Assembly: GCA_023381695.1 (NCBI GenBank)
Contig: JAMCQP010000117.1
Span: 10,489 to 74,488, forward strand
Direction: 5' to 3'
Length of the DNA: 64,000 nt
DNA from: Bacillota bacterium
GTDB taxonomy: Bacteria; Bacillota; UBA5301; JAMCQP01
This document shows, piece by piece, positions 38,684 to 47,915 of the stretch. A model generated the notes under the pieces. That model was given only the letters and a program-made list of their open reading frames with translations, made no database searches and was not told the origin of the DNA. Numbering within the stretch: the stretch's first letter is position 1; each line of letters starts with the position of its first letter. Both the position numbers and the translations under genes were made by a program.

Positions 38684-39415
38684 TCATCCGCCGGCCTCTT
38701 CCTTTAATTGGGGTTGAGAAAATACTTCCACCGGCCAATTCTTTTTTTGCTCGATCTCTGCGGCGACCTGTTCCATGAGTTTCTTTACCGAGTTTTTTCC
38801 TGCTTGCTTGTCCCTGGCGCGGATGGACTCAAAAATCGGCCTGTGGAAAACGGAAGTGCTGTCGAAGATTGCTTCGTCACCAAAGGGACCTTGCCAGAAC
38901 CGGGAAAGCTGGTCGCTGTTCTTCAGGATATCGACGAGAACCCAATTCCTCGTAGACTGGTAAATAAGCTGATGGAACAGCTTATCCTCTTCCGGATCTC
39001 TTTCGCCTTTCTCAAAACAAGCCTCCAGCCTCAGAAGCGAGGCCTCAATCTTTTGAATGTCTTCTCCGGTGGCGTTTTCAATGGCTTCTTCCACCGCCAG
39101 GATCTCCAATTGTTTGCGCACCTTCAAAGCGTCCAGAAGGTTTTTCTTGTCGATGAGAAACCTGATCTTGGGGGTTTGCGCGGGAAACGAGACGAACATG
39201 CCAATGCCGCTTTTTACATCAATCAGGCCATTGACTTCCAGGATCCGTAAGCCTTCCCGGAGGGAAGAACGGCCGACCCCCAGAATTTCCATGAACTCGC
39301 GCTCGCTGGGAAGTTTGGCCCCGGGGGCCAAACCGGCTTCCTTGATGTAGTTCTCTATTTCCTGGACCACCGCCACAGGCACCTTTTGGTGAACAATCCG
39401 CTTCACTCGATTCAC
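38684..39415 (-). CDS. FadR-subfamily GntR regulator
   Basis: KLPSEREFMEILGVGRSSLREGL; DKLFHQLI. Confidence 0.92.
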   Translation of the reverse strand: MNRVKRIVHQKVPVAVVQEIENYIKEAGLAPGAKLPSEREFMEILGVGRSSLREGLRILEVNGLIDVKSGIGMFVSFPAQTPKIRFLIDKKNLLDALKVRKQLEILAVEEAIENATGEDIQKIEASLLRLEACFEKGERDPEEDKLFHQLIYQSTRNWVLVDILKNSDQLSRFWQGPFGDEAIFDSTSVFHRPIFESIRARDKQAGKNSVKKLMEQVAAEIEQKKNWPVEVFSQPQLKEEAGG

Positions 39416-39455
39416 CGCTTTTAGGATAATTGATCTGCCATCAGGCGATCAGCTG

Positions 39456-39740
39456 TCAGACCAGACCATTATATAATTCGACTTTGAAGCAATAAATCCT
39501 GCTGGTTCCACTCATGCGCTTAATTTTTTTCAAAGCAGATCTGGACCGTTTGTGCTCCAATTTTATAATCCAGGAGGCATTGGTAACTTCCTTCACACCT
39601 GGTCTCCCGGCTCCTTCCAAGACCACCTCATCATATACAGCACTGGGTATAATTATAGTGCCGAATATGGTGTGCAAAAGTTCTAATTCATTGATCCTGG
39701 ACAAGGCAATAAGAGGGGTTGAGTTAGAGACGGCCTTCAT
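39456..39740 (-). pseudogene. Truncated DUF3368 PIN-like toxin
   Basis: VSNSTPLIAL...IIPSAVYDEV; family-like sequence stops after about 60 aa (about 39561). Confidence 0.75.
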
Positions 39741-40017
39741 CTTGCAATAACTCCTTGACAGTTGAAAAATCCTCTTCTAACTCATGCACATCATAATTAA
39801 GAGGAATATTATGCGCTCCCAAAAAATCCAGGAAATCTTGCTTGGATACATTGGCCAGTTCGGCTGCTTTGCCCAAAGATAGGCTGCCGTCCGCATAAAA
39901 GGTCGCAGCCAGCCTTTTTAGGGCTTCATCCTTAATTACCGTTTGTGTGACATCCTGATTTTTTAAAAATAGTTCTTTTGGTAGTTCAAATTCTATTTTT
40001 ATGATCTCCCCTGCCAT
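39724..40017 (-). CDS. UPF0175-family antitoxin
   Basis: LAATFYADGSLSLGKAAELANVSKQDFLDFL; overlaps the DUF3368 start. Confidence 0.85.
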   Translation of the reverse strand: MAGEIIKIEFELPKELFLKNQDVTQTVIKDEALKRLAATFYADGSLSLGKAAELANVSKQDFLDFLGAHNIPLNYDVHELEEDFSTVKELLQDEGRL

Positions 40018-40094
40018 CTTATTCTCTTTCTCCTTTCCTGATGGTCCACGCTTTTTATAAAATTATATCATAAATCACGCCCAACCTCAACTGC

Positions 40095-40285
40095 TGCATG
40101 CACATTTTGCCTCTTCGGCCATCCCCCACAAACCGCGCCAGATCCTCCCCCACCTGCCAGCGGTAGAAGAGCATCGTCATATGGCCGCATGGGTACCAGC
40201 AGGGGTACCAGTGGATCGGCGGCTTGCCCCAGGCGCGCCACAACTCTTCGACATTCCCTGGCGTGACCGTTGGCCGGTCAGGATT
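40095..40285 (-). pseudogene. C-terminal scrap of an alpha/beta hydrolase
   Basis: DRPTVTPGNVEELWRAWGKPPIHWYPCWYPCGHM with a 12-bp duplication. Confidence 0.5.
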
Positions 40286-40405
40286 ACAGGTTGAGGGCGC
40301 TGGCTTAGCAACCAGGAGATCAACGCCCTGACGTCCACCACCGCCTACCGTGAAGACGCGTCACCCCTGAGGAAACGGAACACTGCGTTGAGGCAGAATA
40401 AGGCT

Positions 40406-41464
40406 TCACACACTGACGCCCAACCCTGCAGCATCTCCCAAAATGATCTCTTCTCCGTCATAAGTAACTCCGCCCACCACTGGATCTTCGGAAAGGAAGT
40501 ATGGCGTGTCCAGGTCTATCCGGGTGATGTTCTTGCACGCGGCAGCCAGATGGGCCGCTGCCGTGGCTCCCAGCCTTGTCTCAATCATCTGCCCCACCAT
40601 GCACTCGATCCCGGCAGCTTCGGCCAGCGCATTGATCTGGAGCGCCTTGTAGGTTCCCCCGGCCTTGACCAGCTTGATATTGATGTAATCCACCGCCCCC
40701 TCCTTGATCACCCGCAACGCGTCCGCCGGTGAAAAGACGCTCTCATCCGCCATCACCGGGATGTTGACCGAACCGCGCACCTGGCGAAGGCCTTCGATAT
40801 CTCCGGCGGGCACCGGCTGTTCCACAAGCTCAACGTCAAATTCTTCAAGCACCCGGAGGGATCGGATGGCCTCCCGTGCGTTCCACCCCTGGTTGGCGTC
40901 CAGCCGGATCTTGATCCCCGGCCCTGCCGCTTCCCGGATTTTAGCCACCCGGTCGATGTCCTCGTCAGGCGAAATCCCCACCTTGATCTTCAGCACCGAA
41001 AACCCTTTGGCCACAGCTTTCCGGGCATCTTCGGCCATCGCCGCCGAATCTTTAATGGTCACCGTGATGTCGGTCTTGACCCGATCCCGATATCCTCCCA
41101 GAAACTGGTACAGCGGAATCCGGCAGTGCCGGGCCGCCAGGTCGTATATGGCGGAAACCAATGCGGCCTTGGCCCCGTTATTATTCGCCATGCGCCTGTC
41201 CATCATCTCGGAGACGAGAGCCACGCGCATGGGATCCAGACCCAGGATGGACTGCTCCAGGTGCTTGACAGCGGTCAGAATGGACTGCTGTGTCTCACCG
41301 GTGACCATCTTAAACGGCGCCGCCTCACCATAACCGATCACCCCGTCATCGGTGTACACTTTTACGAAGACGTTCTCCGCCACCGGTATGGACTCCAGGG
41401 CAATCCGAAAAGGTTCCTTGAGCGGCACGGAAACAGGCTGCGCTTCAACCCTGACTATTTTCAT
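40406..41464 (-). CDS. Dipeptide (L-Ala-D/L-Glu) epimerase, enolase superfamily
   Basis: LKIKVG, RLDANQG, EQPV, MADES, NIKLVKAG, RIDLD. Confidence 0.92.
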   Translation of the reverse strand: MKIVRVEAQPVSVPLKEPFRIALESIPVAENVFVKVYTDDGVIGYGEAAPFKMVTGETQQSILTAVKHLEQSILGLDPMRVALVSEMMDRRMANNNGAKAALVSAIYDLAARHCRIPLYQFLGGYRDRVKTDITVTIKDSAAMAEDARKAVAKGFSVLKIKVGISPDEDIDRVAKIREAAGPGIKIRLDANQGWNAREAIRSLRVLEEFDVELVEQPVPAGDIEGLRQVRGSVNIPVMADESVFSPADALRVIKEGAVDYINIKLVKAGGTYKALQINALAEAAGIECMVGQMIETRLGATAAAHLAAACKNITRIDLDTPYFLSEDPVVGGVTYDGEEIILGDAAGLGVSV

Positions 41465-41528
41465 GATGCTTCCCCCACCTTTATGACATAAAGCCCCAAT
41501 GGCCTCTGCCCTAAATCCAACCTGGTCG

Positions 41529-42497
41529 TCACAGCGGCGCATGACAGGCTGCCAGATGATCTTCGCCCACCTCTCTCAGATCAGGCTCCTTTTCCGCGCA
41601 TAGCGCCGAAGCAGCGTCGCATCGAGTATGGAAACGGCAGCCGGAAGGCGGCCGGCTTGGGCTGGGAAGATCACCTTTCAGGATAATTTCAGCCCCATCA
41701 TGCCTGGGATTGGGCACAGGAATAGCCGACAGAAGCGCTCTGGTATAATGATGCCGTGGGCGGGCAAACAAAACGGGCGTCGGCCCTAACTCCACAATCT
41801 TACCCAGATGCATCACCGCGGTCCGATGGCTCAGGTACCGCACCACGCCAAGATTGTGAGAAATAAAGATGTATGAGAGGCCCAGTTCTGATTGCAGGCG
41901 CCGCAATAAATTGAGAATCTGAGCCTGAACGGAAACATCAAGAGCGGAAGTTGGTTCATCCAGGATCACCAGTTCAGGATTCAAGGCCAGGGCACGGGCT
42001 ATCCCAAGCCGTTGTTTCTGCCCTCCGCTGAACTGGTGCGGATACCGATCCAGATGCTGCACCCCCAACCCCACCATTTCCAGGAGTCTGAGCACCTTCT
42101 CCCGGACATCCCGTCTGGTGGCCAGGCCATGGATGAGCAAAGGCGCCCCCACCGACTTGAGAACCGTCATGCGCGGGTCCAGCGACGAATGCGGATCCTG
42201 GAACACCATCTGGATGTGCCGCCGTATGCCGCGCATCTCCGTGGCGCCAAGCTTCAATATATCCATGCCCTCAAAATACACTTCGCCCGCGGTGGGATCA
42301 TCGACACGGGCGATGCAAAAACCAGTGGTGGACTTTCCGCAACCCGATTCCCCGACCAGGCCAAAAGTCTCCAGGCGCCTCACCGAAAAACTTATCCCGT
42401 CCACCGCCCGCACAGGCCGTCGCACCGGCTCTAAAAAGGCTTTGCGCGCCCCAAAATGTTTGACGAGATTTTTGACTTCAAGCAAGACCTCAGCCAA
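41529..42497 (-). CDS. Peptide ABC ATPase (DppF/DdpF)
   Basis: [26 protein letters not shown], Cys-rich tail. Confidence 0.93.
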   Translation of the reverse strand: MAEVLLEVKNLVKHFGARKAFLEPVRRPVRAVDGISFSVRRLETFGLVGESGCGKSTTGFCIARVDDPTAGEVYFEGMDILKLGATEMRGIRRHIQMVFQDPHSSLDPRMTVLKSVGAPLLIHGLATRRDVREKVLRLLEMVGLGVQHLDRYPHQFSGGQKQRLGIARALALNPELVILDEPTSALDVSVQAQILNLLRRLQSELGLSYIFISHNLGVVRYLSHRTAVMHLGKIVELGPTPVLFARPRHHYTRALLSAIPVPNPRHDGAEIILKGDLPSPSRPPSGCRFHTRCDAASALCAEKEPDLREVGEDHLAACHAPL

Positions 42498-43518
42498 GGA
42501 CAGCCACCCCTTTGCCTGTTCCGCCCTCGCTATGATCGTCGCTGGCCTGGCGCGCAAAAAAACAATGGACGACATGATCGTCGCTTATGGCCACGGGGCC
42601 AGGCCCTTCTTTCCCGCAGATATCCCCTGCCCGCGGGCAGCGCGGGTGAAACCGGCACCCACCGGGAGGGTTGATCAGGTCGGGAACAGTACCTTCGATG
42701 GCCGCCAGTTCAGCATCCTGGCGGTTTGGATCGGGAAAACAACCCATCAGGCCGCGGGTGTAAGGATGTCGCGGGTCGGTGAAGAGCTCCTCCGTCGGGG
42801 CGACTTCGACGACTTGCCCGGCGTACATCACCGCCACCCGGTCACAGGTCTGGGCAACCACGCCCAGATCATGAGTAATCAACAAGACAGACGCGTTCAT
42901 CTTCTTTACCAAATTCTTCATGAGCCGGAGAATCTGGGCCTGCACCGTGACGTCCAGAGCCGTTGTCGGCTCGTCAGCCAGCAGCAGGTCGGGTTTGCCG
43001 GACAATTCCATGGCAATCATCACCCGTTGCAACATCCCGCCGCTCATCTCAAAAGGATATTTCTGCATTACAGCCTCCGGATCAGGCATCTGGACCTCAT
43101 GGAGCATCTCCAGAGCGATCTTCCTCGCCTCTCCCCTGCTCACCCGCCGGTGGAGCATGATCACTTCCACCATCTGATCTCCCACCCGGTAGACCGGATT
43201 AAGCGAACTCATCGGCTCCTGAAAGATCATGGATATGTACTTCCCGCGGATGTTCCGCAGTTCGGCCGGCGATTTCTTCAGAAGATCCTCCCCTTTGAAG
43301 AGGATCTTTCCTCCGGCAATCCGCCCCGGCGGCTGCGAAATCAGGCCGAGAATCGCCAGAGCGCTTACCGACTTCCCACAGCCGGACTCCCCGACCAGAC
43401 CTACCGTTTCCCCGCGGCTGACGGTCAGATCCAGGCCTTCCACGGCCCGGACTGTACCAAGATAGGTATCAAAATATAGGTGAAGGCCGTGAATCTCCAA
43501 CAAATTTGCAGCATTCAT
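42490..43518 (-). CDS. Peptide ABC ATPase (DppD/DdpD)
   Basis: [25 protein letters not shown]. Confidence 0.93.
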   Translation of the reverse strand: MNAANLLEIHGLHLYFDTYLGTVRAVEGLDLTVSRGETVGLVGESGCGKSVSALAILGLISQPPGRIAGGKILFKGEDLLKKSPAELRNIRGKYISMIFQEPMSSLNPVYRVGDQMVEVIMLHRRVSRGEARKIALEMLHEVQMPDPEAVMQKYPFEMSGGMLQRVMIAMELSGKPDLLLADEPTTALDVTVQAQILRLMKNLVKKMNASVLLITHDLGVVAQTCDRVAVMYAGQVVEVAPTEELFTDPRHPYTRGLMGCFPDPNRQDAELAAIEGTVPDLINPPGGCRFHPRCPRAGDICGKEGPGPVAISDDHVVHCFFARQASDDHSEGGTGKGVAVLG

Positions 43519-43541
43519 GTCCGTGTCCCCTCAAGTGCTTC

Positions 43542-44462
43542 CTATTGCCGGAGCCTGGGATCCAGAATGTCCCGCAACCCGTCGCCAAGAATATTGAATC
43601 CCACGGCCACCATAAAGATGGCGATTCCGGGAAAAGTGGCCAGCCACCACTGATCCATCAAATAATCACGGCCCATGGCCACCATCGCGCCCCATTCCGG
43701 TTCTGGCGGTTGAGCGCCCAGGCCGATAAAACTCAAAGACGCCGCCAAAAGGATCGCCTCCGCCATTCCCATGGTAGCCAGAACCAGAACCGCGGAAAGA
43801 CTGCCGGGCAGAATGTGCCTGGTAATGATCCAGAGGTCTCCGGCGCCGATCACCCGGGCGGCTTTGACAAACTGCTTTTCGCGTAAAACCAGAGCCTGCC
43901 CCCGGACCAGGCGCGCATATTTTGGTATCTGGACAAAAGAGACGGCCAGAAGCGCGTTGGTCAAGCTCGGGCCCAGGACTGCCGCCAGCACCATGGCCAG
44001 CACCAGGGACGGAAACGCCAGGATCATGTCCATGACCCGCATCATGACCGTATCAAGCCTGCCGCCCACATAACCGGAAACGGCGCCGAGGAAAGATCCG
44101 ATCACACCGGCAATCGCCACCACCGTCACCGCAATCTGTATGGAGATCCGTGAACCGTAGACAATTCGTGAAAAGATATCCCGCCCCATCTCGTCGGTGC
44201 CGAGCAGATGGCCGGGCGAGGGTGGAGACAGCCGTCCTCCGAGATCAACCGAAGTCGGCCTGTAGGGCGCCAGCCATGGAGCCAGCGCCGCTACCACAAC
44301 CAACAGGATGATGATCATTAATCCAGCCAGCATGAGTGGATTTTGACGGATGAGATGAACGGTGTACCCCAGCTCTTTATCCTTGAACCATTTGCCCCGG
44401 CGGGGGGCGCCGGGGTAGACGCCTCCGCCGGCGGAAGCCACTGTGGAAATTGACTTTTGCAA
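43542..44462 (-). CDS. Peptide ABC permease (DppC/DdpC)
   Basis: HLLGTDEMGRDIFSR, FVKAARVIGA. Confidence 0.93.
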   Translation of the reverse strand: MQKSISTVASAGGGVYPGAPRRGKWFKDKELGYTVHLIRQNPLMLAGLMIIILLVVVAALAPWLAPYRPTSVDLGGRLSPPSPGHLLGTDEMGRDIFSRIVYGSRISIQIAVTVVAIAGVIGSFLGAVSGYVGGRLDTVMMRVMDMILAFPSLVLAMVLAAVLGPSLTNALLAVSFVQIPKYARLVRGQALVLREKQFVKAARVIGAGDLWIITRHILPGSLSAVLVLATMGMAEAILLAASLSFIGLGAQPPEPEWGAMVAMGRDYLMDQWWLATFPGIAIFMVAVGFNILGDGLRDILDPRLRQ

Positions 44463-44486
44463 ACCAGGATCACCCCCTGCGCCCGA

Positions 44487-45500
44487 TCAGTTCCACCGGA
44501 TCTGCGGATCAAGAAGGCCGTACGCGATATCCACCAGCAAGTTGACCATCACGTAGATCACGCAAATCAAGATCGTGAACCCCATAATTGACGGAAAGTC
44601 CAGAAAGCCTATGGACTCCACCAGGTAGCTGCCCAGCCCGGGCCAGGCGAAGATCGCCTCGGTGAGAATCGCGCCGCCGATCAATTCGCCAAAAGAAAGG
44701 CCCAAAATGGTGACGGTTGGGACCAGAGCGTTGCGCAAGCCGTGCCGGACGACGATCGTCCATTCCGAGAGCCCATTGGCCCGCGCGGTGCGTATGTACT
44801 CCTGGTTGAGCACCTCCAGCATGCTGGAACGGACCATCCGGGTCATGATGGCCAGATACACGTACGACAGACAAAAAGCCGGCAATATTATGTGGCTCAG
44901 CGCGCTCCCAAAGGCTTGCCAGTCACCGGCAATCAAACTGTCCAGGAGGTACATGCCGGTCGGCCCGGCGGGGGCCGCGATATCCATGGCGATCCGGCCG
45001 GGACCCGGCAGCCAGCCAAGGATCACGTAAAAAATGAGCAATAAGATTAACCCCCACCAGAAGACTGGCATCGATACCCCAAACAGGGCAAAGACACGGA
45101 TCAGATGGTCAACGAGCTTGTTGCGCTTGACCGCGCATACTACGCCCAGGGGCACGGCGACGATCACGCAGAAGAGCAGGGCCAGCGAGGTCAGCTCAAA
45201 ACTGGCCGGAAAACGTTCCCGCAAATCCTGGATGACCGGGCGCTGGCTGCGGATGGAAGTCCCCAGATTGCCTCTCGCCAGATCCTTCATATAGCTGATG
45301 TATTGCACCGGGACGGGCTTGTTCAGCCCCAACTCCTCGCGCACCCGTTCCAACGTCTCCTCGGAAGCCCGCTGGCCGACGATAAGCCGTGCCGGATCCC
45401 CTGGAACCAGGTGCGACAAGGCAAAGGTAATCAGGGTCACCCCGATCAGGACCGGTATGAGGTAAAGGATCCGGCGGACGATAAACCCCCAGATTTGCAT
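44487..45500 (-). CDS. Peptide ABC permease (DppB/DdpB)
   Basis: YIRTARANGL, ILTEAIFAWPGLG. Confidence 0.93.
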   Translation of the reverse strand: MQIWGFIVRRILYLIPVLIGVTLITFALSHLVPGDPARLIVGQRASEETLERVREELGLNKPVPVQYISYMKDLARGNLGTSIRSQRPVIQDLRERFPASFELTSLALLFCVIVAVPLGVVCAVKRNKLVDHLIRVFALFGVSMPVFWWGLILLLIFYVILGWLPGPGRIAMDIAAPAGPTGMYLLDSLIAGDWQAFGSALSHIILPAFCLSYVYLAIMTRMVRSSMLEVLNQEYIRTARANGLSEWTIVVRHGLRNALVPTVTILGLSFGELIGGAILTEAIFAWPGLGSYLVESIGFLDFPSIMGFTILICVIYVMVNLLVDIAYGLLDPQIRWN

Positions 45501-45533
45501 CTTCTGATCCCCGCATTTGCGTAGTCTTGATTC

Positions 45534-47078
45534 TTACTCCAGGGACATATTTTGAAGATTATAGATGTTTTCCAGCATCGGGTTGAAGACGAATCCCTTG
45601 ACGCGCTTGCTCATCGGGAGCAGAAAGTTGCGCTGATACAAGAAGATATACGGGGGCTCCTCGATGATCATCCTTTGAGCCTGCTGATACAGCCTGATCC
45701 GTTCCTGCTGGGAGGGGCTCATCGCCGCCTGCTCAAGAAGCGCGTCCACCTTTTCGTTTTTATAGAAGGCCCGGTTGCCGGACAGCCCCTGATTGCTGGA
45801 GTGGAACCAGTAGTGCATGAACATGTAGGGATCCGCATAGTCCGGCGACCAGATGCCCATCGACAGATCGAAGTCCGCCCGATCCACCTTTTCCCTCAAG
45901 GTCGGCCAGGCGTACAACTCGGGCTCAAGCTTTACGCCGATCTCCGCAAAACTGGCCTGCAAGGCCAGGACTTCCTGTTCCCAGGTGGGCACGCGGTCGG
46001 CGTACATGATCTTGAGTTTGAACCCGTTGGGATAGCCGGCCTCGGCAAGGAGCCTCCTGGCCTTTGCGGGATCATATTTGTATTGCAGGAGGTTTTCGTC
46101 ATAACCCCACATTCCCCTGGGGATCGGCCCCCTCATCTGGGTGGCGTTTCCCTGGAGAACATGTTTGATGATCCCCTGATAATCGACGGCGTATGACAGC
46201 GCCTGGCGAACTTTGGGGTTATTCAGCGGCGGCCGTTTGTTGTTCATGTACACGATGTTGGTCAACTGGCTCGGCGCCTCAAACACAGTCACATTCGGTT
46301 CGTTGCGCAACTTCGCATACTGGTCGATCAAAATTCCCTCGGCGATGTCAACCTCGCCCTTAAGAAGCATCATCCGTTGCGCGGAAGACTCCGGGACTAT
46401 CCGGATGATCACCTGCTGGATCCGCGGCCGGCCGCCCCAGTAATCATTGTTAGCCTCCAGCACAAGCCGCTGGTCACGGACCCATTCTTTAATCTTGTAC
46501 GGGCCGCTTCCCATCATCCGGTCAGCAAGGTAAGCCTGACCCAGGTCGCCATCCTTCTCAAACTCCATCACCCTGGGGTTGACGATGCTGGCGCCGTTGG
46601 TGGCCAGGGTTGACAGGAACGGGCCAAATGGATAATCCAGAATGAAGCGAACGGTAAACTGATCAACCACCTGAACTTCTTTCAACGGGGCAAAGGCTTC
46701 GGATGGCCCCTTGCCAATCTTCTTCAGACGGTCGAAGGAAAACTTGACCGCCTTCGCATCAACCACTGTTCCATCATGAAACCTGGCATCTTTCCGTAGT
46801 TTGAACGTATAGACCTTCGCGTCTTTTGAGACTTCCCAGGATTCGGCCAACATCGGTTTGAGCCGGGTTGACGACCCATCATACTGAACCAGACGATCAT
46901 AACCGACATAGGTCTGCCGCCAGGAAGCATTGTCGAAGTTGACCGCCGGATCCAGGATCCGAACATCGGCCGGGGCGGCAATGACCAGCGTAGACGGCTG
47001 GTTCGCCGCGAACACGAACTGATTGCCTGCTCCCATGACCAGCAACAGAGCCAAGAAATACCAGAAAACCCTTTTCAT
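45534..47078 (-). CDS. Peptide ABC substrate-binding protein, DdpA-like
   Basis: LDPAVNFDN..TYVGYDRLVQY..FSFDRLKKIGKGPSEAF, resembling E. coli DdpA as I recall it. Confidence 0.88.
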   Translation of the reverse strand: MKRVFWYFLALLLVMGAGNQFVFAANQPSTLVIAAPADVRILDPAVNFDNASWRQTYVGYDRLVQYDGSSTRLKPMLAESWEVSKDAKVYTFKLRKDARFHDGTVVDAKAVKFSFDRLKKIGKGPSEAFAPLKEVQVVDQFTVRFILDYPFGPFLSTLATNGASIVNPRVMEFEKDGDLGQAYLADRMMGSGPYKIKEWVRDQRLVLEANNDYWGGRPRIQQVIIRIVPESSAQRMMLLKGEVDIAEGILIDQYAKLRNEPNVTVFEAPSQLTNIVYMNNKRPPLNNPKVRQALSYAVDYQGIIKHVLQGNATQMRGPIPRGMWGYDENLLQYKYDPAKARRLLAEAGYPNGFKLKIMYADRVPTWEQEVLALQASFAEIGVKLEPELYAWPTLREKVDRADFDLSMGIWSPDYADPYMFMHYWFHSSNQGLSGNRAFYKNEKVDALLEQAAMSPSQQERIRLYQQAQRMIIEEPPYIFLYQRNFLLPMSKRVKGFVFNPMLENIYNLQNMSLE

Positions 47079-47136
47079 TTTCAACCCTCCATTCTTACTC
47101 ATATCTTACTCATATGACAACTTGCCCTTTTGCCTT

Positions 47137-47676
47137 TCAGAACATCGGCGGCGAATCGACCCAGACCGCCAGAACCGGTCCCTTGCCGAAATTGCGCAGA
47201 CGATGGGGCACGCTGCTTTCAAAGCAGATGCTGTCTCCTTCTTCCAGAGTATAAAACTCCTCGCCTACCTGAATCTCCAGTCGCCCCTGCAATACCAGTC
47301 CACATTCCTGCCCGGCGTGCGCCACCGTTCCATCACTTGTATCCTGGCCTGGTTCGATGCGAATCATAAGAAACTCCAGGTTATGGTTACGGTAGGGTGA
47401 AAGCAATTCGTACACCACGCTGGATGACGGAAACATCAGCTTCTTTCTCTGGTCTTTACGAACCAAGATGTTTTCCCGCGAGGGGGAATCGAAGAAATAT
47501 CCGACAGGTACGCCGAAAGCATTGGCGATTTTCCAGAGCGACACCACCGAAGGACTGACTTGATTCCGTTCCACCTGGCTAATCAAGCTTACGCTGAGGC
47601 TGGTCATTTCCGCAAGCTGCTGAATGGTCAACTTTCTTTGAGCTCGTAGCTTACGAATAGCGCTGCCGACCTGCAA
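47137..47676 (-). CDS. XRE-HTH + cupin regulator (PuuR-like)
   Basis: LTIQQLAEMTSLSVSLISQVERN; HAGQECGLVLQG. Confidence 0.92.
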   Translation of the reverse strand: MQVGSAIRKLRAQRKLTIQQLAEMTSLSVSLISQVERNQVSPSVVSLWKIANAFGVPVGYFFDSPSRENILVRKDQRKKLMFPSSSVVYELLSPYRNHNLEFLMIRIEPGQDTSDGTVAHAGQECGLVLQGRLEIQVGEEFYTLEEGDSICFESSVPHRLRNFGKGPVLAVWVDSPPMF

Positions 47677-47915
47677 TCACATCCCCCCTGCCTGGCCGTG
47701 TCAATAACCAGGCCAGCCACCCATGTCCGTTTCATTCTTCCGATAATTTTACTGTCGCTGTAATTATTCAATGTAGATAAATGTATCCCTTCTTTTTCCA
47801 GCACAAATTTTTAAGGCCAGAGAAATCTTGATTTAACCCTGGGCTGATGATAAACTGTAATAAGGCGCCGCCTCCCCGTTCTCCCGGGGAGGTATCTTTT
47901 CAGGTGGTGTAAAAG

